Positions 39,112 through 52,396 of a stretch of DNA of 64,000 nt are shown piece after piece. Position 1 is the stretch's first letter, and every line of letters starts with the position of its first letter. Origin of the DNA: Pirellulales bacterium (GTDB taxonomy: Bacteria > Planctomycetota > Planctomycetia > Pirellulales > PALSA-1355); contig CAVTBU010000005.1 in assembly GCA_963733035.1 (NCBI GenBank), positions 1,312,001 through 1,376,000 of the forward strand, in the 5' to 3' direction. The translations under genes were made by a program, and so were the position numbers. The notes beneath the pieces are model-generated. The model saw only the letters and a list, made by a program, of their open reading frames with translations. It was not told the origin of the DNA and made no database searches.

Positions 39112-40431
39112 ATGGCGATCGAGTTAGAACAGGCAATTGAAGACAAGCAGGCCGTCGTGGGAATCATCGGCCTGGGCTATGTCGGGCTTCCCCTGATTCG
39201 GGCCTTCATCGCGGCCGGATACCGCACGATGGGTTACGACGTTGACGCCAGCAAGGTCGAAAAGCTGCTCGCCGGACAAAGTTATATCGGCCATATTCCG
39301 TCGGCGTGGATCAACGACTGCGTACAAAGCAAGAAACTCATCCCAACCGCCGACATGTCGCGGCTGGCCGAAGCCGACGCCTTGCTCATCTGTGTGCCCA
39401 CTCCCCTGTCCGATAGCCGCGATCCCGACTTGAGTTACGTCGAAGCGACGGCTCGTCACATTGCCGCCGCCCTGCGACCAGGACAGCTCGTGGTACTGGA
39501 GAGCACCACCTATCCGGGGACAACCCGCGACGTCGTCGCACCGATTCTTGCCGAGCGTGGCCTAAAACTGGGCACCGATTATTTCGTGGCCTATAGCCCC
39601 GAGCGTGAAGACCCGGGCAACCCCGACTACACGGCCGGCGGCATTCCCAAGGTCGTGGGCGGTATGGAACCGACCAGCGCCCGACTCGCCGGGTCCCTGT
39701 ATTCGAAAGCGGTGGTGAATATCGTTCCGGTGTCGAGCTGTGAAGTTGCCGAAGCCTGTAAGATCCTGGAAAACACCTACCGCTCGGTGAACATCGCGAT
39801 GGTCAACGAACTCAAGATGCTCTTCGATCGGCTGGACATTGACGTGTGGGAAGTGATCGACGCCGCCAAGACCAAGCCGTTTGGCTTTCAGGCCTTTTAT
39901 CCGGGGCCAGGCCTCGGCGGCCACTGCATTCCCATCGATCCGTTTTATCTGAGCTGGGTGGCGCGCAAACATGGCATGACCACCCGCTTCATTGAAGTGG
40001 CCGGCGAAATCAACACCGGCATGCCGAAGTACGTCATCCATCGCTTGATGGAAGCTCTCAACGATGCCGGCAAACCAGTCAAGGGGAGCAAGATTTGCGT
40101 GCTTGGAGTGGCCTACAAGAAGGACGTCGACGATCCGCGCGAAAGCCCCTCGTTCGAATTGATGGAACTACTCACCGCGGCGCATGCCCAACTTTCGTAT
40201 AACGACCCGCATGTGCCCAAGCTCCCTAAGATGCGCCACCACGAGTTGCCGGCAATGGCGAGTTCGGAATTAACGCCCGAATTCCTGGCCAGCCAGGATT
40301 GTGTCTTGATTGCCACGGATCACTCGGCGTACGACTACGATTTCATTGTCAAACATGCGAAGATGGTCGTCGATACGCGCAATGCGACCAAGTGCGTGCG
40401 TACAGGCCGTGAAAAGATCCGCAAAGCATAG
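39112..40431 (+). CDS. UDP-HexNAc 6-dehydrogenase (WbpA/WecC-like nucleotide sugar dehydrogenase)
   Basis: GLGYVGLP, ICVPTP, LESTTYPGTT, SPERED, GPGLGGHCIP, AYKKDVDDPRESP. Confidence 0.93.
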   Translation: MAIELEQAIEDKQAVVGIIGLGYVGLPLIRAFIAAGYRTMGYDVDASKVEKLLAGQSYIGHIPSAWINDCVQSKKLIPTADMSRLAEADALLICVPTPLSDSRDPDLSYVEATARHIAAALRPGQLVVLESTTYPGTTRDVVAPILAERGLKLGTDYFVAYSPEREDPGNPDYTAGGIPKVVGGMEPTSARLAGSLYSKAVVNIVPVSSCEVAEACKILENTYRSVNIAMVNELKMLFDRLDIDVWEVIDAAKTKPFGFQAFYPGPGLGGHCIPIDPFYLSWVARKHGMTTRFIEVAGEINTGMPKYVIHRLMEALNDAGKPVKGSKICVLGVAYKKDVDDPRESPSFELMELLTAAHAQLSYNDPHVPKLPKMRHHELPAMASSELTPEFLASQDCVLIATDHSAYDYDFIVKHAKMVVDTRNATKCVRTGREKIRKA

Positions 40432-40527
40432 TCGGCCGGCGCTTCATGCCTGGGACCGTCCTATGCTTAAACTGCACGCAATATGGGGCGACGCCGACCT
40501 CGCGCAAACTTCGGATAACAGATTCCC

Positions 40528-41502
40528 ATGGCAGCCAATAAACGCGTACTCGTGACCGGTGGGGCCGGCTTTCTCGGCTCGCATCTTTGCGAACGGCTGG
40601 TTGCCGAGAAGCACGACGTCATCTGCGTCGACAATTTTTTCACCAGCCAAAAGTCGAACGTCGCTCACCTGCTCGATTTTCCCAACTTCGAACTCGTGCG
40701 ACACGACGTCACTCAGCCAATCTGGCTCGAAGTCGACGAAATTTACAATCTGGCTTGTCCCGCCTCGCCAGGGCATTACCAGTTCAATCCGATCAAAACC
40801 GCCAAGACCTCCGTGTTGGGTGCCATCCATGTGCTCGGCATGGCCAAGCGCTGCAAAGCAAAAGTGCTGCAAGCTTCGACGAGCGAGGTCTATGGCGACC
40901 CGGAAGTTCATCCGCAAACCGAATCCTACCGGGGCGCGGTCAATCCCATCGGTCCGCGGGCCTGCTACGACGAGGGCAAGCGGCTTGCCGAAACGCTATT
41001 CATGGACTATTGGCGCGCCAACGGCGTGAATATTCGTATCGTGCGCATCTTCAACACCTATGGCGAGCGGATGCATCCTTTCGACGGTCGCGTCGTTTCG
41101 AACTTCATCCGCCAGGCGCTCGGCGGCGAAGCCATCACGATCTTTGGCAACGGCGACCAAACCCGCTCGTTCTGCTATCGCGACGACCTGGTCGACGGCA
41201 TGATGCGGATGATGAACGGACCGGATGATTTCGTCGGGCCCGTGAATCTCGGCAACCCCGACGAGTTCACCATCTTGGAGCTGGCCCAACTGGTGCTCGA
41301 GCTGACCGGTTCGAAGTCGAAGCTCGTATACAAGCCGCTACCGGCCGACGATCCCACCAAGCGTCGACCAGATATTACGCTGGCCAAGGAACATCTCGGT
41401 TGGGAACCAAAAGTTCGCTTGGCCGAGGGGCTCAAGCGCACGATCGACTGGTTCCGTACGATCGACCTGGCCGACTACCGCCCGCCCACGCCGAACCACT
41501 AG
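40528..41502 (+). CDS. UDP-glucuronate decarboxylase (UDP-xylose synthase) family
   Basis: [54 protein letters not shown]. Confidence 0.95.
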   Translation: MAANKRVLVTGGAGFLGSHLCERLVAEKHDVICVDNFFTSQKSNVAHLLDFPNFELVRHDVTQPIWLEVDEIYNLACPASPGHYQFNPIKTAKTSVLGAIHVLGMAKRCKAKVLQASTSEVYGDPEVHPQTESYRGAVNPIGPRACYDEGKRLAETLFMDYWRANGVNIRIVRIFNTYGERMHPFDGRVVSNFIRQALGGEAITIFGNGDQTRSFCYRDDLVDGMMRMMNGPDDFVGPVNLGNPDEFTILELAQLVLELTGSKSKLVYKPLPADDPTKRRPDITLAKEHLGWEPKVRLAEGLKRTIDWFRTIDLADYRPPTPNH

Positions 41503-41912
41503 TTTGACTGCCGCAGTTGCCGTACGGCGGCAAAAAGACCCAAACCTAACGCGGCACCGAGCACATCGGCGCACCAATCCAATACGTCAGCATGCCGGCC
41601 GAACGCGGGTTGGGTCACCTCGTCAAGCGATCCATGCACGGCCAAAAGCGCCAGCAGCCCGAGCATCGCTCGCCACCCAAGTCTCCAACGGAGCGACCAG
41701 GCCAAGGCGGCCAACAGCGCCAACAGCGCATACGCCAGGAAGTGCACCAACTTGTCGGACGGCCGAAATTGGAACGGTTCCGGCACACGCGGAAGATGTG
41801 TTGACGTAACAAGCGCCACCCAATAGCAGAACAGCACCGCCGCCGCCGCGCGGGCAAGCCAGCGCGCACGCCCAGACGCGTCGCGCTGCTGGGTCGGGTT
41901 TGGCGTGGTCAT
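41499..41912 (-). CDS. VanZ family membrane protein
   Basis: [31 protein letters not shown]. Confidence 0.85.
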   Translation of the reverse strand: MTTPNPTQQRDASGRARWLARAAAAVLFCYWVALVTSTHLPRVPEPFQFRPSDKLVHFLAYALLALLAALAWSLRWRLGWRAMLGLLALLAVHGSLDEVTQPAFGRHADVLDWCADVLGAALGLGLFAAVRQLRQSN

Positions 41913-42046
41913 GGACACAAGCGGGCCAAATGAAATGCCGCGGCAATCGTGCTATAAAGGTAGCGTAAACCAGCACACGCTGTTACCCCGAGTTCGTTTT
42001 CATTTCGAACTGACTGACGTCCAACCACCAGCCAGATGCCCAAATC

Positions 42047-42823
42047 ATGACCACGTCGACGCAATTCACGCCCCGCGAGTTGGCCCAATATCAGGAGGAT
42101 GGCTTCCTGCTCGTGCCGGGACTATTCGACACCCAGGAGATGCAGATCCTCCTCAACTACGCCAAGAGCGACCAGGCGCTACTTGCCGGCGCGTCGGGCC
42201 GCAAGGACGCCACGGGCCAGATCACGAAGCTCACGCTTTGGAACGAGGCTGGCGACGACCTGTACGGAATGTTCTCGCGATCACCGCGAATCGTCGATCG
42301 CATGGAACAGATTCTCGGCGGCGAGGTTTACCATTACCACACCAAGATGATGCTCAAGGAGCCGCGGGTCGGTGGAGCCTGGGAATGGCATCAGGACTAT
42401 GGCTATTGGTACCACAACGGCTGCCTGTATCCGCTGCTGGCAAGCTGCTTGATCGCCGTCGACCGAGCCACTCGCCAAAACGGCTGCCTGCAAGTGCTGA
42501 AAGGCTCGCATCGGATGGGACGCGTTGACCACGGCAAGAGCGGCGACCAGACCGGCGCTGATATGGAAGTGGTTCAGGCCGCGATGGAACGACTGGAGTT
42601 GGTTTACGTCGAGGCAAATCCGGGCGATGCGGTATTCTTCCACTGCAACCTGTTGCACCGTTCGGATCAAAACACTTCGCCCGATCCCCGCTGGTCGCTG
42701 ATTTGCTGCTACAATGCCGCCCGCAACAACCCCTACAAGGAATCGCGCCACCCTCGCTATTCGCCACTATCGAAGGTAAGCGACACGGCGATCAAGGACT
42801 GGAAGGCCCTGCCCACCGGTTAA
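42047..42823 (+). CDS. Phytanoyl-CoA dioxygenase (PhyH) family Fe(II)/2OG dioxygenase
   Basis: WHQDYGYW, NGCLQVLKGSH, FHCNLLHRSDQN. Confidence 0.9.
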   Translation: MTTSTQFTPRELAQYQEDGFLLVPGLFDTQEMQILLNYAKSDQALLAGASGRKDATGQITKLTLWNEAGDDLYGMFSRSPRIVDRMEQILGGEVYHYHTKMMLKEPRVGGAWEWHQDYGYWYHNGCLYPLLASCLIAVDRATRQNGCLQVLKGSHRMGRVDHGKSGDQTGADMEVVQAAMERLELVYVEANPGDAVFFHCNLLHRSDQNTSPDPRWSLICCYNAARNNPYKESRHPRYSPLSKVSDTAIKDWKALPTG

Positions 42824-42904
42824 GGCCCCCATTACACGCATCGCAACGTTTTACGCGCCCGGCTGGCTCTCTCTCACTGAATTTCTTTCACCGGCAATCA
42901 CCTC

Positions 42905-43729
42905 ATGCTTCTCGGACTCATCAATTCCGCCTGGGTACAAGCCAACCAGCCTACTGACTTCGGCTTGGAGCAGACGAAACGAATTGGCTTCGACGTCGTC
43001 GACGTCTTCTGCGATCCGCTCACGCTCGACGTCCGCGAGCGGCGGCTTGTCAAGGACCGCTGCGACGAGTTGGGCCTGCCGATCATTTCACTCCCCTGCG
43101 TGGCCGTGGGGCTGATCGACTTCAACGAGAGCGTGCGCGATTTTCACATCGAGCGGGTGTTGGAATTTCTCGACCTGGCGTACGAATATCAGGCGAAAAA
43201 TGTGCTGCTGGTGATTGGCGAATACATCTGGAACCGCGAGGTGATTCCGCCGGCCGAACAGTGGACGCTCGGCGTCGAGGCCGTGCGACTGCTCGGACGC
43301 AGGGCAGCCGAATTGAATCTGGAAATTGCCCTCGAGCTCGAGCCGTTTCCGCTCTCGCTGATCAACAATGTCGACACGATGGTTCGCTTTCTCGACGACG
43401 TCGATTTGCCCAACGTGTTGGCGAACCTCGACATCTCGCACCTCGTGCTCTCAAAAGTCCCGCCCGGGGAAATTCGCCGCTTGAAGGGGCGCGTCGGCCA
43501 CGTGCACCTTTCGGATTGCGACGGCAAGGTGCATGGCGATTTGCCCCCCGGACGCGGCGTCGTTCCGTTCGAGCCCTACCTGCGCGAAATCAAGGCCCTG
43601 GAACTCGGCAACCGGACGGTCTCGATCGAGTTGGAATATTCTCCCGAGCCGGCCAAGATCGTCCAGTGGGTGGAAGAGGCTTACCGTGCGACGGACAAAT
43701 TAATGCAGGATCTGAACCTGCGAAGTTAG
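42905..43729 (+). CDS. Sugar phosphate isomerase/epimerase (xylose isomerase-like TIM barrel)
   Basis: ALELEP, NLDISH, HVHLSD, DLPPGRG, SIELE. Confidence 0.88.
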   Translation: MLLGLINSAWVQANQPTDFGLEQTKRIGFDVVDVFCDPLTLDVRERRLVKDRCDELGLPIISLPCVAVGLIDFNESVRDFHIERVLEFLDLAYEYQAKNVLLVIGEYIWNREVIPPAEQWTLGVEAVRLLGRRAAELNLEIALELEPFPLSLINNVDTMVRFLDDVDLPNVLANLDISHLVLSKVPPGEIRRLKGRVGHVHLSDCDGKVHGDLPPGRGVVPFEPYLREIKALELGNRTVSIELEYSPEPAKIVQWVEEAYRATDKLMQDLNLRS

Positions 43730-43784
43730 CCGCCGCGGATGCGCCGAAATTGAACCGACCGTTGCCGCGCGAGGAAGTCCCGCC

Positions 43785-44243
43785 ATGCACGAATACTTCA
43801 TGCGAATGGCCCTGGCCGAGGCCGAGGCCGCCTTTGCCGAGGATGAAGTGCCGATCGGGGCGGTTATCGTGCGCGACGATCGTGTGATCGCCTCGGCCCA
43901 CAACCAGCGAGAGCAGCTACGCGATCCGACGGCGCATGCCGAGATGATCGCCATCACGCAGGCGGCGCAGCAGATGGAAAGCTGGCGGCTGGAAGGCTGC
44001 ACGCTGTACGTCACGCTCGAACCCTGCCCGATGTGCGCCGGCGCGATCCTGCAGGCCCGCGTGCCGACAGTCGTCTACGGAGTGCCCGACCCCAAAGGCG
44101 GCGCGGTTCACACGCTATATCAACTGCTCTCGGACCCGCGGCTCAACCATCGCCCGCAAACCGTGTCCGGCGTGCTGTTGGCGCCTTGCGGAGAAATCCT
44201 CTCGCGCTTCTTTCAGGCACAACGCAAACTGGGCAAGAAATAG
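43785..44243 (+). CDS. tadA: tRNA adenosine(34) deaminase
   Basis: [35 protein letters not shown]. Confidence 0.93.
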   Translation: MHEYFMRMALAEAEAAFAEDEVPIGAVIVRDDRVIASAHNQREQLRDPTAHAEMIAITQAAQQMESWRLEGCTLYVTLEPCPMCAGAILQARVPTVVYGVPDPKGGAVHTLYQLLSDPRLNHRPQTVSGVLLAPCGEILSRFFQAQRKLGKK

Positions 44244-44369
44244 CCGGCGGCGCTCCGATTTACCGGGTGATCAGCCGACCCTGAATTGCCGCTGGCTCTC
44301 GCATAGGGAGCGCCGTATGATCGAGCAGGACGGCGTCGAAACGCCCCATATCTCGCAGGCGGAGAATTC

Positions 44370-46551
44370 ATGATCGTTAACTCGCGAATTCGCATCGGTT
44401 GGTCCGCGCTTTTCGTGCTCCTGTTTGCCTGCGCCGCGCGGCCCACGCCGGCGGTGGACCCGAGAACGTGTGCCTGGTGGTCAATGCCAACAGTTGGGCC
44501 TCGCTGACCGTGGCCAATCAGTTCATCGCCTTGCGGCGCCTCCCGCCGATCAACGTCTACTACCTCAATTGGGACGGTGGCTTCGAGAGCACCGACGGCC
44601 AAACCTTTCGCGACCAGATCCTGACGCCGGTCCTCGATGCGCTGGACAAACGGGGCATTTATAACCAGATCGACTACATAATCTACTCGAGCGACCTGCC
44701 CTACTCGGTCGGCCTGGCGAAGGACTATGACCCGTTCGTCAAGCAGGGGAAATACCCCAGGCCATACGAATACTACACGCCGCTGGTGTCGATCAACTCG
44801 GCTACTTACCTCTGGCACCTGGTAGAGAACAAATTGCCCCTCGCCATGGAATTGGAGGTGAACCGCTACATGCGCAACTTCACGAATGTGAAGCAAAAGA
44901 ATACGCGCCAGGTCGCCGCCCCGAGTCACGGCTTTCATAGTTGGTACGGCTGGGGCCGAGACGGTGCGCTAATCGAGGGGGGCGGGCAACCCTACATGCT
45001 CTCCACCATGCTGGGCGTGACCAGCGGACGCGGCAACTCGGTTTACGAAGTTCTCGACTATCTGAAGCGCAGCGCGGCCGCCGACGGCACCTCGCCCAAA
45101 GGCACGATCTACTTCACCCGCACCGATAACGTGCGCTCGACCTCGCGGCAGGATGAGGTGGCCGAGGCCATGCGCGAACTCGAAAAACTGGGAGTCGCGA
45201 GCCGCGTTGTCACCACGGCGATGCCGATGCAGGCCGGTGACGTGCAGGGCCTGCTCTCGGGTGTCGAAACGTTCTCCTGGCCCGCCACCGGTAGCACGAT
45301 TCTGCCCGGAGCCATCTGCGATAATTTCACCAGCTTTGGCGGCGTCCTCCGCGAGGACTCAAGCCAGACCCCGCTCACCGAATTCCTCCGCTACGGAGCC
45401 GCCGGTTCGGCCGGCACGGTCGTCGAGCCCTTGTCGATCGCCCAAAAGTTCGCCTCGCCGAATATCTTCGTCCACTACGCCCGTGGTTGCTCGCTGGCCG
45501 AATCGTACTACCAGGCGTTGTTCGGGCCGGCTCAAGTGCTGATCGTCGGTGATCCACTCTGTCAGCCCTGGGCCAACATACCGCAAGTGACCGTTGCGGG
45601 CGTCGAGCCGTCGGCCAAGGTGTCGGGAACGCTCACCCTAAAACCCGAATCCAGTCTGAAGAGGGACGGTAAGATTTCCCGCTACGTCCTGCTGGTCGAC
45701 GGCCGCCGCGCCGGCGTCGCGCAACCCGGCGCGGACCTGGTTTGGGACTCGACGACCGAGTGCGACGGCTATCACGAGCTGCGCGTCGTGGCCACGGTCG
45801 ATGATCCGATCGAAACTCAAGGCCGGGCGATCCTACCGGTCGTGGTTGACAACGCCGGGCATTCGGCCGTCCTGGCCACGCGGCCAGCCGGAAGTGTCCG
45901 CTGGGACCAGGTGTTGCAAGTTGCCGCCCGCGCGCGGGCGCCAAGCAGATTGTCGTGCTCAACAACGGCCGGCTGCTCGGCACGATCCAAGGCGACGAAG
46001 GCACGCTCAAGGTCGACCCGCGCGTGCTCGGCCTCGGTGCGGTCGATGTGCAGGCCGTCGGGCTGTTTGGTCGCGGCCCGCTCGAGCGCGTCGTGCCGCC
46101 GCCCGTGCGACTGACGGTACAAGCGGCCACGCCGCTGCCCGCACAGCCGGCGCCGCGCGACAGCCTGCTACCGGGTCTGGTCCTCAAGCTGGCCAACCAG
46201 CGAATCGTGCCGGTGCAAGACACGCGCGACCAGGGTTGGCTGGTGGCCAACGGCGTCGGACCCGATCAGCCGTATGTCTTCCAGGCCTACTTCGAGGTCC
46301 CTGACCAGGCAGTCTATCAATTCCAGCTATGGCACTTCGGCCAGTTGCAACTGGCGGTCGACGGCCGCACGCTCTTTCGCGGCAACGACGGCAAGTACGA
46401 GCAGAAGTTCGTTCCGGTGTCGTTGGCCGCCGGCCTGCACCGCCTGACAGTCGCCGGCAAGGCGGGCCAGGACGTCCGGCTGCGAATCCTCTTCGGCGGC
46501 CGCGGCACCCAAAGCCTGAGCGGCCAAATCTTCAAACACCCGAAGCGGTAA
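44370..46551 (+). CDS. TIGR03790-like secreted protein with Ig-like and PA14-like C-terminal regions; apparent frameshifts near 44435 and 45938
   Basis: GGGPENVCLVVNANS, PGAICDNFTSFGG, GAAGSAGTVVEP, Y.RGCSLAESYY, IVGDPL; GGAG RBS before ATG 44370. Confidence 0.7.
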
Positions 46552-46614
46552 GCCGAGCTAGGGCCGACAAGACCTGGTGCCCATTGCTCGCGCCACGCCA
46601 TCCCACCTCGTCTG

Positions 46615-46652
46615 AAAAAAAACGCCCCGCGAATTGGCTTCGCGGGGCGTTT
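46615..46652 (-). terminator. Rho-independent terminator (probably bidirectional) between convergent genes
   Basis: 14-bp perfect stem AAACGCCCCGCGAA/TTCGCGGGGCGTTT flanked by an A8 run. Confidence 0.85.
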
Positions 46653-46688
46653 GGGTTGGGCTTTGGGAGAATCAATGTCCGAGTGAGT

Positions 46689-47924
46689 TTAGAACTCCGA
46701 CTCATTGAGAATGTAAAACGGATACCCGCCTTGGGGGTTGTTCCATGCATTAATTGCAAGCACCGACTGACTGTTGGGTGTTCCGATGTTGACTTGCTTC
46801 TGGTTCGGAGTCATCAGTTGGGTAAACACCTTGTAGTCGATCTCTGCACTCAGGTAGCCAGCATTGCCGCCGCAGTACGCGACGTTTACACCGCCCGAAT
46901 GGTTGGCCGAAGGTCGAGAAAACGCCAAGCCGGTGGGACTGGAAATGTTCATACTGTTGTACAACAGCTGTATGGACCCGGTAACGATTTGGGAATTGTC
47001 GTTGATCCCATACGTACCAAGCGTCAACGGCGAGGTGTACACATTGGACGGCGTTCCGGACTGCCCCTCGTTATTCATGTTGCCGGTCAAGTACCACACC
47101 ATCCCCGTATTCTCACGAACGGCCATGTCGGTGTTATAGAAACCCCGTATTGTCACGCTTTCCGGAATTGCCGTTCCCGTCGGATTGTTTGGGTCGACAG
47201 CCCAGTTGCCGGCTTGCAGGTTCTCGCTGAGCATGATGGTGTACGTTGTACCATCGCGGGTGCTGATGAAATCCGCGTTGATTTTCACACCGCCACCGGG
47301 AGTCGCGCCAGATGGCACGCTTGCGCTAGTTCCAGCCCAAAGTGATTGATTGAAAAACACGCCCGAATTCACGTCTTCGGGAACGTACGTCGCGCCACTA
47401 GGGGTGACGGTGGGGACTTGTACGGAAGTATCATTTGGCGTTTTGGCGAGCCCTGTATTCACCACGTACGAAAGAGGATTCCCGCCGAGGTCAGGATTTG
47501 CGTTACTCGGACAAATGAGGATTTCCATCGGCGAGTAAAACGTTGCGGCGGAAGTCGTCGGAATGTGGGCAAACTGTGAATAAGACGTAAGAACATTGCC
47601 GACTTTGTGCCAATTCTGATAGAGGTCATTTCGCTCTAGTTGAGGAAGGATTGGCACAACCCATGAGGCCCGAATGTATGGAATTGTCGAATCATGTGTC
47701 GGGATCAACTGTACGTAGCCCGGATATGATTTCTTCGTCTCTTGAAATTGTGTGAGCGCCAGCGAACACTGCCGCATGTTGTTCTGGCAAACGCTGCGCC
47801 TGCCCGCTTCGCGGGCGGCTTGGATGGCTGGCAGCAGGAGCGAGACCAGCATGCCAATGATCGTGATGACGACTAGCAGTTCCACGAGCGTGAAACCGCG
47901 CGACCTCTGCTTCGGACGAGCCAT
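46689..47924 (-). CDS. DUF1559 (SBP_bac_10) prepilin-type N-terminal cleavage/methylation protein
   Basis: [74 protein letters not shown]. Confidence 0.92.
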   Translation of the reverse strand: MARPKQRSRGFTLVELLVVITIIGMLVSLLLPAIQAAREAGRRSVCQNNMRQCSLALTQFQETKKSYPGYVQLIPTHDSTIPYIRASWVVPILPQLERNDLYQNWHKVGNVLTSYSQFAHIPTTSAATFYSPMEILICPSNANPDLGGNPLSYVVNTGLAKTPNDTSVQVPTVTPSGATYVPEDVNSGVFFNQSLWAGTSASVPSGATPGGGVKINADFISTRDGTTYTIMLSENLQAGNWAVDPNNPTGTAIPESVTIRGFYNTDMAVRENTGMVWYLTGNMNNEGQSGTPSNVYTSPLTLGTYGINDNSQIVTGSIQLLYNSMNISSPTGLAFSRPSANHSGGVNVAYCGGNAGYLSAEIDYKVFTQLMTPNQKQVNIGTPNSQSVLAINAWNNPQGGYPFYILNESEF

Positions 47925-48233
47925 TGCTGTCTCTCCTCCCATGAATCCCCGTTCAGATGTGACCTCTAAACCCAGCCCAAGCCCATTTTCGCCGAACTTC
48001 CCAGCGGCGTCCAGTGTTTTTCGGGCAAAAATGGTTGCGCCTGTGCGTTTTGTAAGGGGCGCCGAGGTCCTGAGTCGTGTCACCAGGCCCGCGTCGAGCC
48101 TCAGCCAGGGCAGGCTTTGCCGTTCGATTGCGGTGGGGCTTGAAATCGGGCGACAAATCATCGAATCCCGTTTGTGCAGCGGGTATTGCCGCGAGACTGC
48201 GGGCCGGCGCAACGCATAAAATGTCGCCAATAT

Positions 48234-48262
48234 TTGACAACGCGGCACTCCTCGGCTAGCAT
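48234..48262 (+). promoter_or_regulatory. sigma70-type promoter upstream of the DUF1501 operon
   Basis: TTGACA-17nt-TAGCAT. Confidence 0.55.
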
Positions 48263-48488
48263 CAACGCGCGCTTGATCGAGGGAACGATCGTGATCCGCG
48301 AAACGCGTTTTCGTGGACGGTTACCTCGGAGATGGCCAACCCGCCCGAACATCCCACCACACGCGTTTTCGCCCATACCGAAGCTTGATGGTGCTTAATT
48401 TTAAGTACCCGAGGTCCACTGCTGCGAAGACCCGCTACGCGACCGACACCCTGGTTTCCTGCGGCCTCAAACATTTAGGGAGATCCGT

Positions 48489-49793
<1,305 letters not shown>

Positions 49794-49917
49794 GAGCGAA
49801 CCGCCGGGTCTCGCTGGGGTGGCTCGCGCGGCTACCACGCTCGCAAAGCGGGCAACGAGATCGCGGCTTGCTCCGGGAGCCTGCCATGCCTCAACCTAAC
49901 CAACTCGAGGTTTTCTG

Positions 49918-52396
49918 ATGCACGTTCGATCGCTATTTCGCGCCTGCGCGCCCAGCCGCGGCCATGGTTTTCTTGGCACTCGCGGCCGTGGCGGCGCAAG
50001 CTGCGGCCCCCGCCTACAGCGGCAATTCACCGCTCGGGGCGCAACGCGGCAAGGAAGCGGAGGTCACCTTCAGCGGTGCCAGGCTCTCCGATGCCCAGGA
50101 GCTTATGTTCTATGAGCCCGAGATCACGGTGCAGAGCCTCGAGCCGGCCGCGGACGGAAACTCGCTGAAAGCGAAGCTCGCCATCGCCGCCGATTGCCGC
50201 CTGGGGCTCCACCAGATCCGTATTCGCACGGCCACCGGCATCTCGAACCTGCGCACGTTTAGCGTCGGTGCTCTGCCTGAAGTCAGCGAAGCGGAGCCCA
50301 ATAGCGAATTCAACGCGCCGCAGAAGGTCGGACTCGACACGGTCATCAACGGCGTGGCTGAAAACGAAGACGTCGACTACTACGCCGTCGAAGCCAAAAA
50401 AGGGGAGCGGATCACCGCCGAAATCGAAGGACTGCGGCTGGGCTACACATTCTTCGACCCCTTCGTCGCGATTCTCGATGCCAAGCGATTTGAACTGGCT
50501 CGCTCCGACGACGCACCGTTGGTCCGCCAGGACTGCGTCGCCTCGATCGTGGCGCCCGAGGACGGCACCTATATCATCGAAGCCCGCGAAACTTCGTTCG
50601 CCGGCAACGGCGCCTGCCACTATCGCCTGCACGTTGGACGATTTCCCCGACCGACGGCCGTACTGCCGTTCGGTGGGAAAATTGGCGAGGCCGTCAAAGT
50701 TGAGTGGCTGGGAGATGTGTTGGGGCCGAAGTCCGAGGAAATCACCCTTCCGGGCGAAGCCCCGCACGAGTTCGGCGTCTTCACCAAGGACGATCAGGGC
50801 ATCTCACCGTCGGCGCTTCCCTTTCGACTGACGAACTTGAACAATGTGCTCGAGGTCGAACCGAACAACGAACTGGCCCAGAGCACCCCCTGCGACGCCC
50901 CCATCGCCATGAACGGCGTGATTGGCGAAGCCAAGGACGTCGACTGCTTCAAGTTTGTCGCGAAGAAGGGGCAGGTGCTCAACGTCCGTCTGTTTGCCCG
51001 GGAATACGGCTCGCCGCTGGATTCGGTGCTCAACGTTTATCGTATCGGCGGCGCACACGTGGGTGGCAACGACGACGTCGGTGGTTATGCCGGCGCGGCC
51101 GACAGCTACCTGCGCGTAACGATTCCCGAAGACGATACCTACGTGGTGCGCATCAACGACCATCTAAGCCAGGGCGGCCCCACGTACGTGTATCGCGTGG
51201 AAGTCACGCCTGTCGAACCGGCCCTCACGCTGGGCCTCTCGGAACGAAGCCAATTCGTCGACATCGTGGCCCCCGTGCCACAGGGAAACCGCATGGCCTT
51301 GTTGGTCAATGCGTCGCGTGCCGATTTTGGTGGCGAACTGAATTTGGAATTCAAGGATCTGCCGGCGGGCGTCACGGTCGAGACGCTGCCGATGGCCGGC
51401 AACCGCAGCGACGTCCCCGTGCTGCTCACCGCCGCCCCCGACGCTCCGGTAGCGGGCTCGCTGGTCGACGTCATTGGTCGACCGGCGGATGCGAACCTGA
51501 AGGTGGAAGGGCACTTGAATCAGCGCACCTCGCTCACGCGTGGCCAGAACAATATCGAAGTGTGGAACCAATACACTCAGCGAATGGCGACTGCGGTCAC
51601 GGGCGAGACCCAGTATTCGATCGAAATCGTGGAACCGAAGGTCCCCCTGGTGCGCAACGGATCGATGGGCCTGAAGATCGTTGCCAAGCGCAAGGAGGGT
51701 TTCACCGCGCCGATCCACGTGCAAATGCTCTACAACCCGCCAGGTGTTGGTTCCTCGGGTTCAATCTCAATTCCCGAGGGCCAGACCGAAGCGGTCATTC
51801 CGCTGACCGCCAACAGCGGCGCTGAAGTGAACAAGTGGAAGATTGTCGTGCTGGGTGATGCGACCGTGGGCGACGGGACGATAACAGTCGCCTCGCAGAT
51901 GGCCACGCTGGACGTTGCCGAACCGTTCGTGGCGTTCGAGTTTCTGGCCGCGACGACCGAAAAGGGCAAATCGACCGAGATCGTCGTGAAGGTGACCAAG
52001 GCCAAGGACTTTGAAGGCTCGGCCAAGGTGAAAATGCTCGGCTTGCCCAACGAAGTAACCACCGAGGAAAAAGAAATCACCAAGGACACGACGGAGTTGG
52101 TGTTCCCCGTTGCGACCACGGCCAACTCGCCGGTGGGCAAGCATGCCACGGTGATTTGCCAGGCCACGATCGTGGCCAACGAAGAGCCCATTCTGCACAC
52201 TTTGGGAACCGGCGAACTGCGCATTGACGAGCCGTTGCCGCCGAAGCCCGACGCACCGGTCGCCGCGGCCCCGATGCCCATGCCCGAGGCCGCGCCCATG
52301 CCCGAAAAACGACTCAGCCTATTGGAAAAACTCCGCCTCGAACGTAAAGAAGCGAAAGCCGCGCGAGCCGCCCAGGCCGCAGGAGACACGCAATGA
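49918..52396 (+). CDS. Secreted PPC (pre-peptidase C-terminal) repeat protein; probable frameshift in the signal region near 49950
   Basis: P.GAQRG, EAEPNS/EVEPNN, DVDYY/DVDCF, GSPLDS, YRLHVG; GAGG RBS before ATG 49918. Confidence 0.8.

Noticed and set aside
41499..41912. Glycopeptide resistance locus
   Set aside because: Lone VanZ-family gene; no vanHAX/RS
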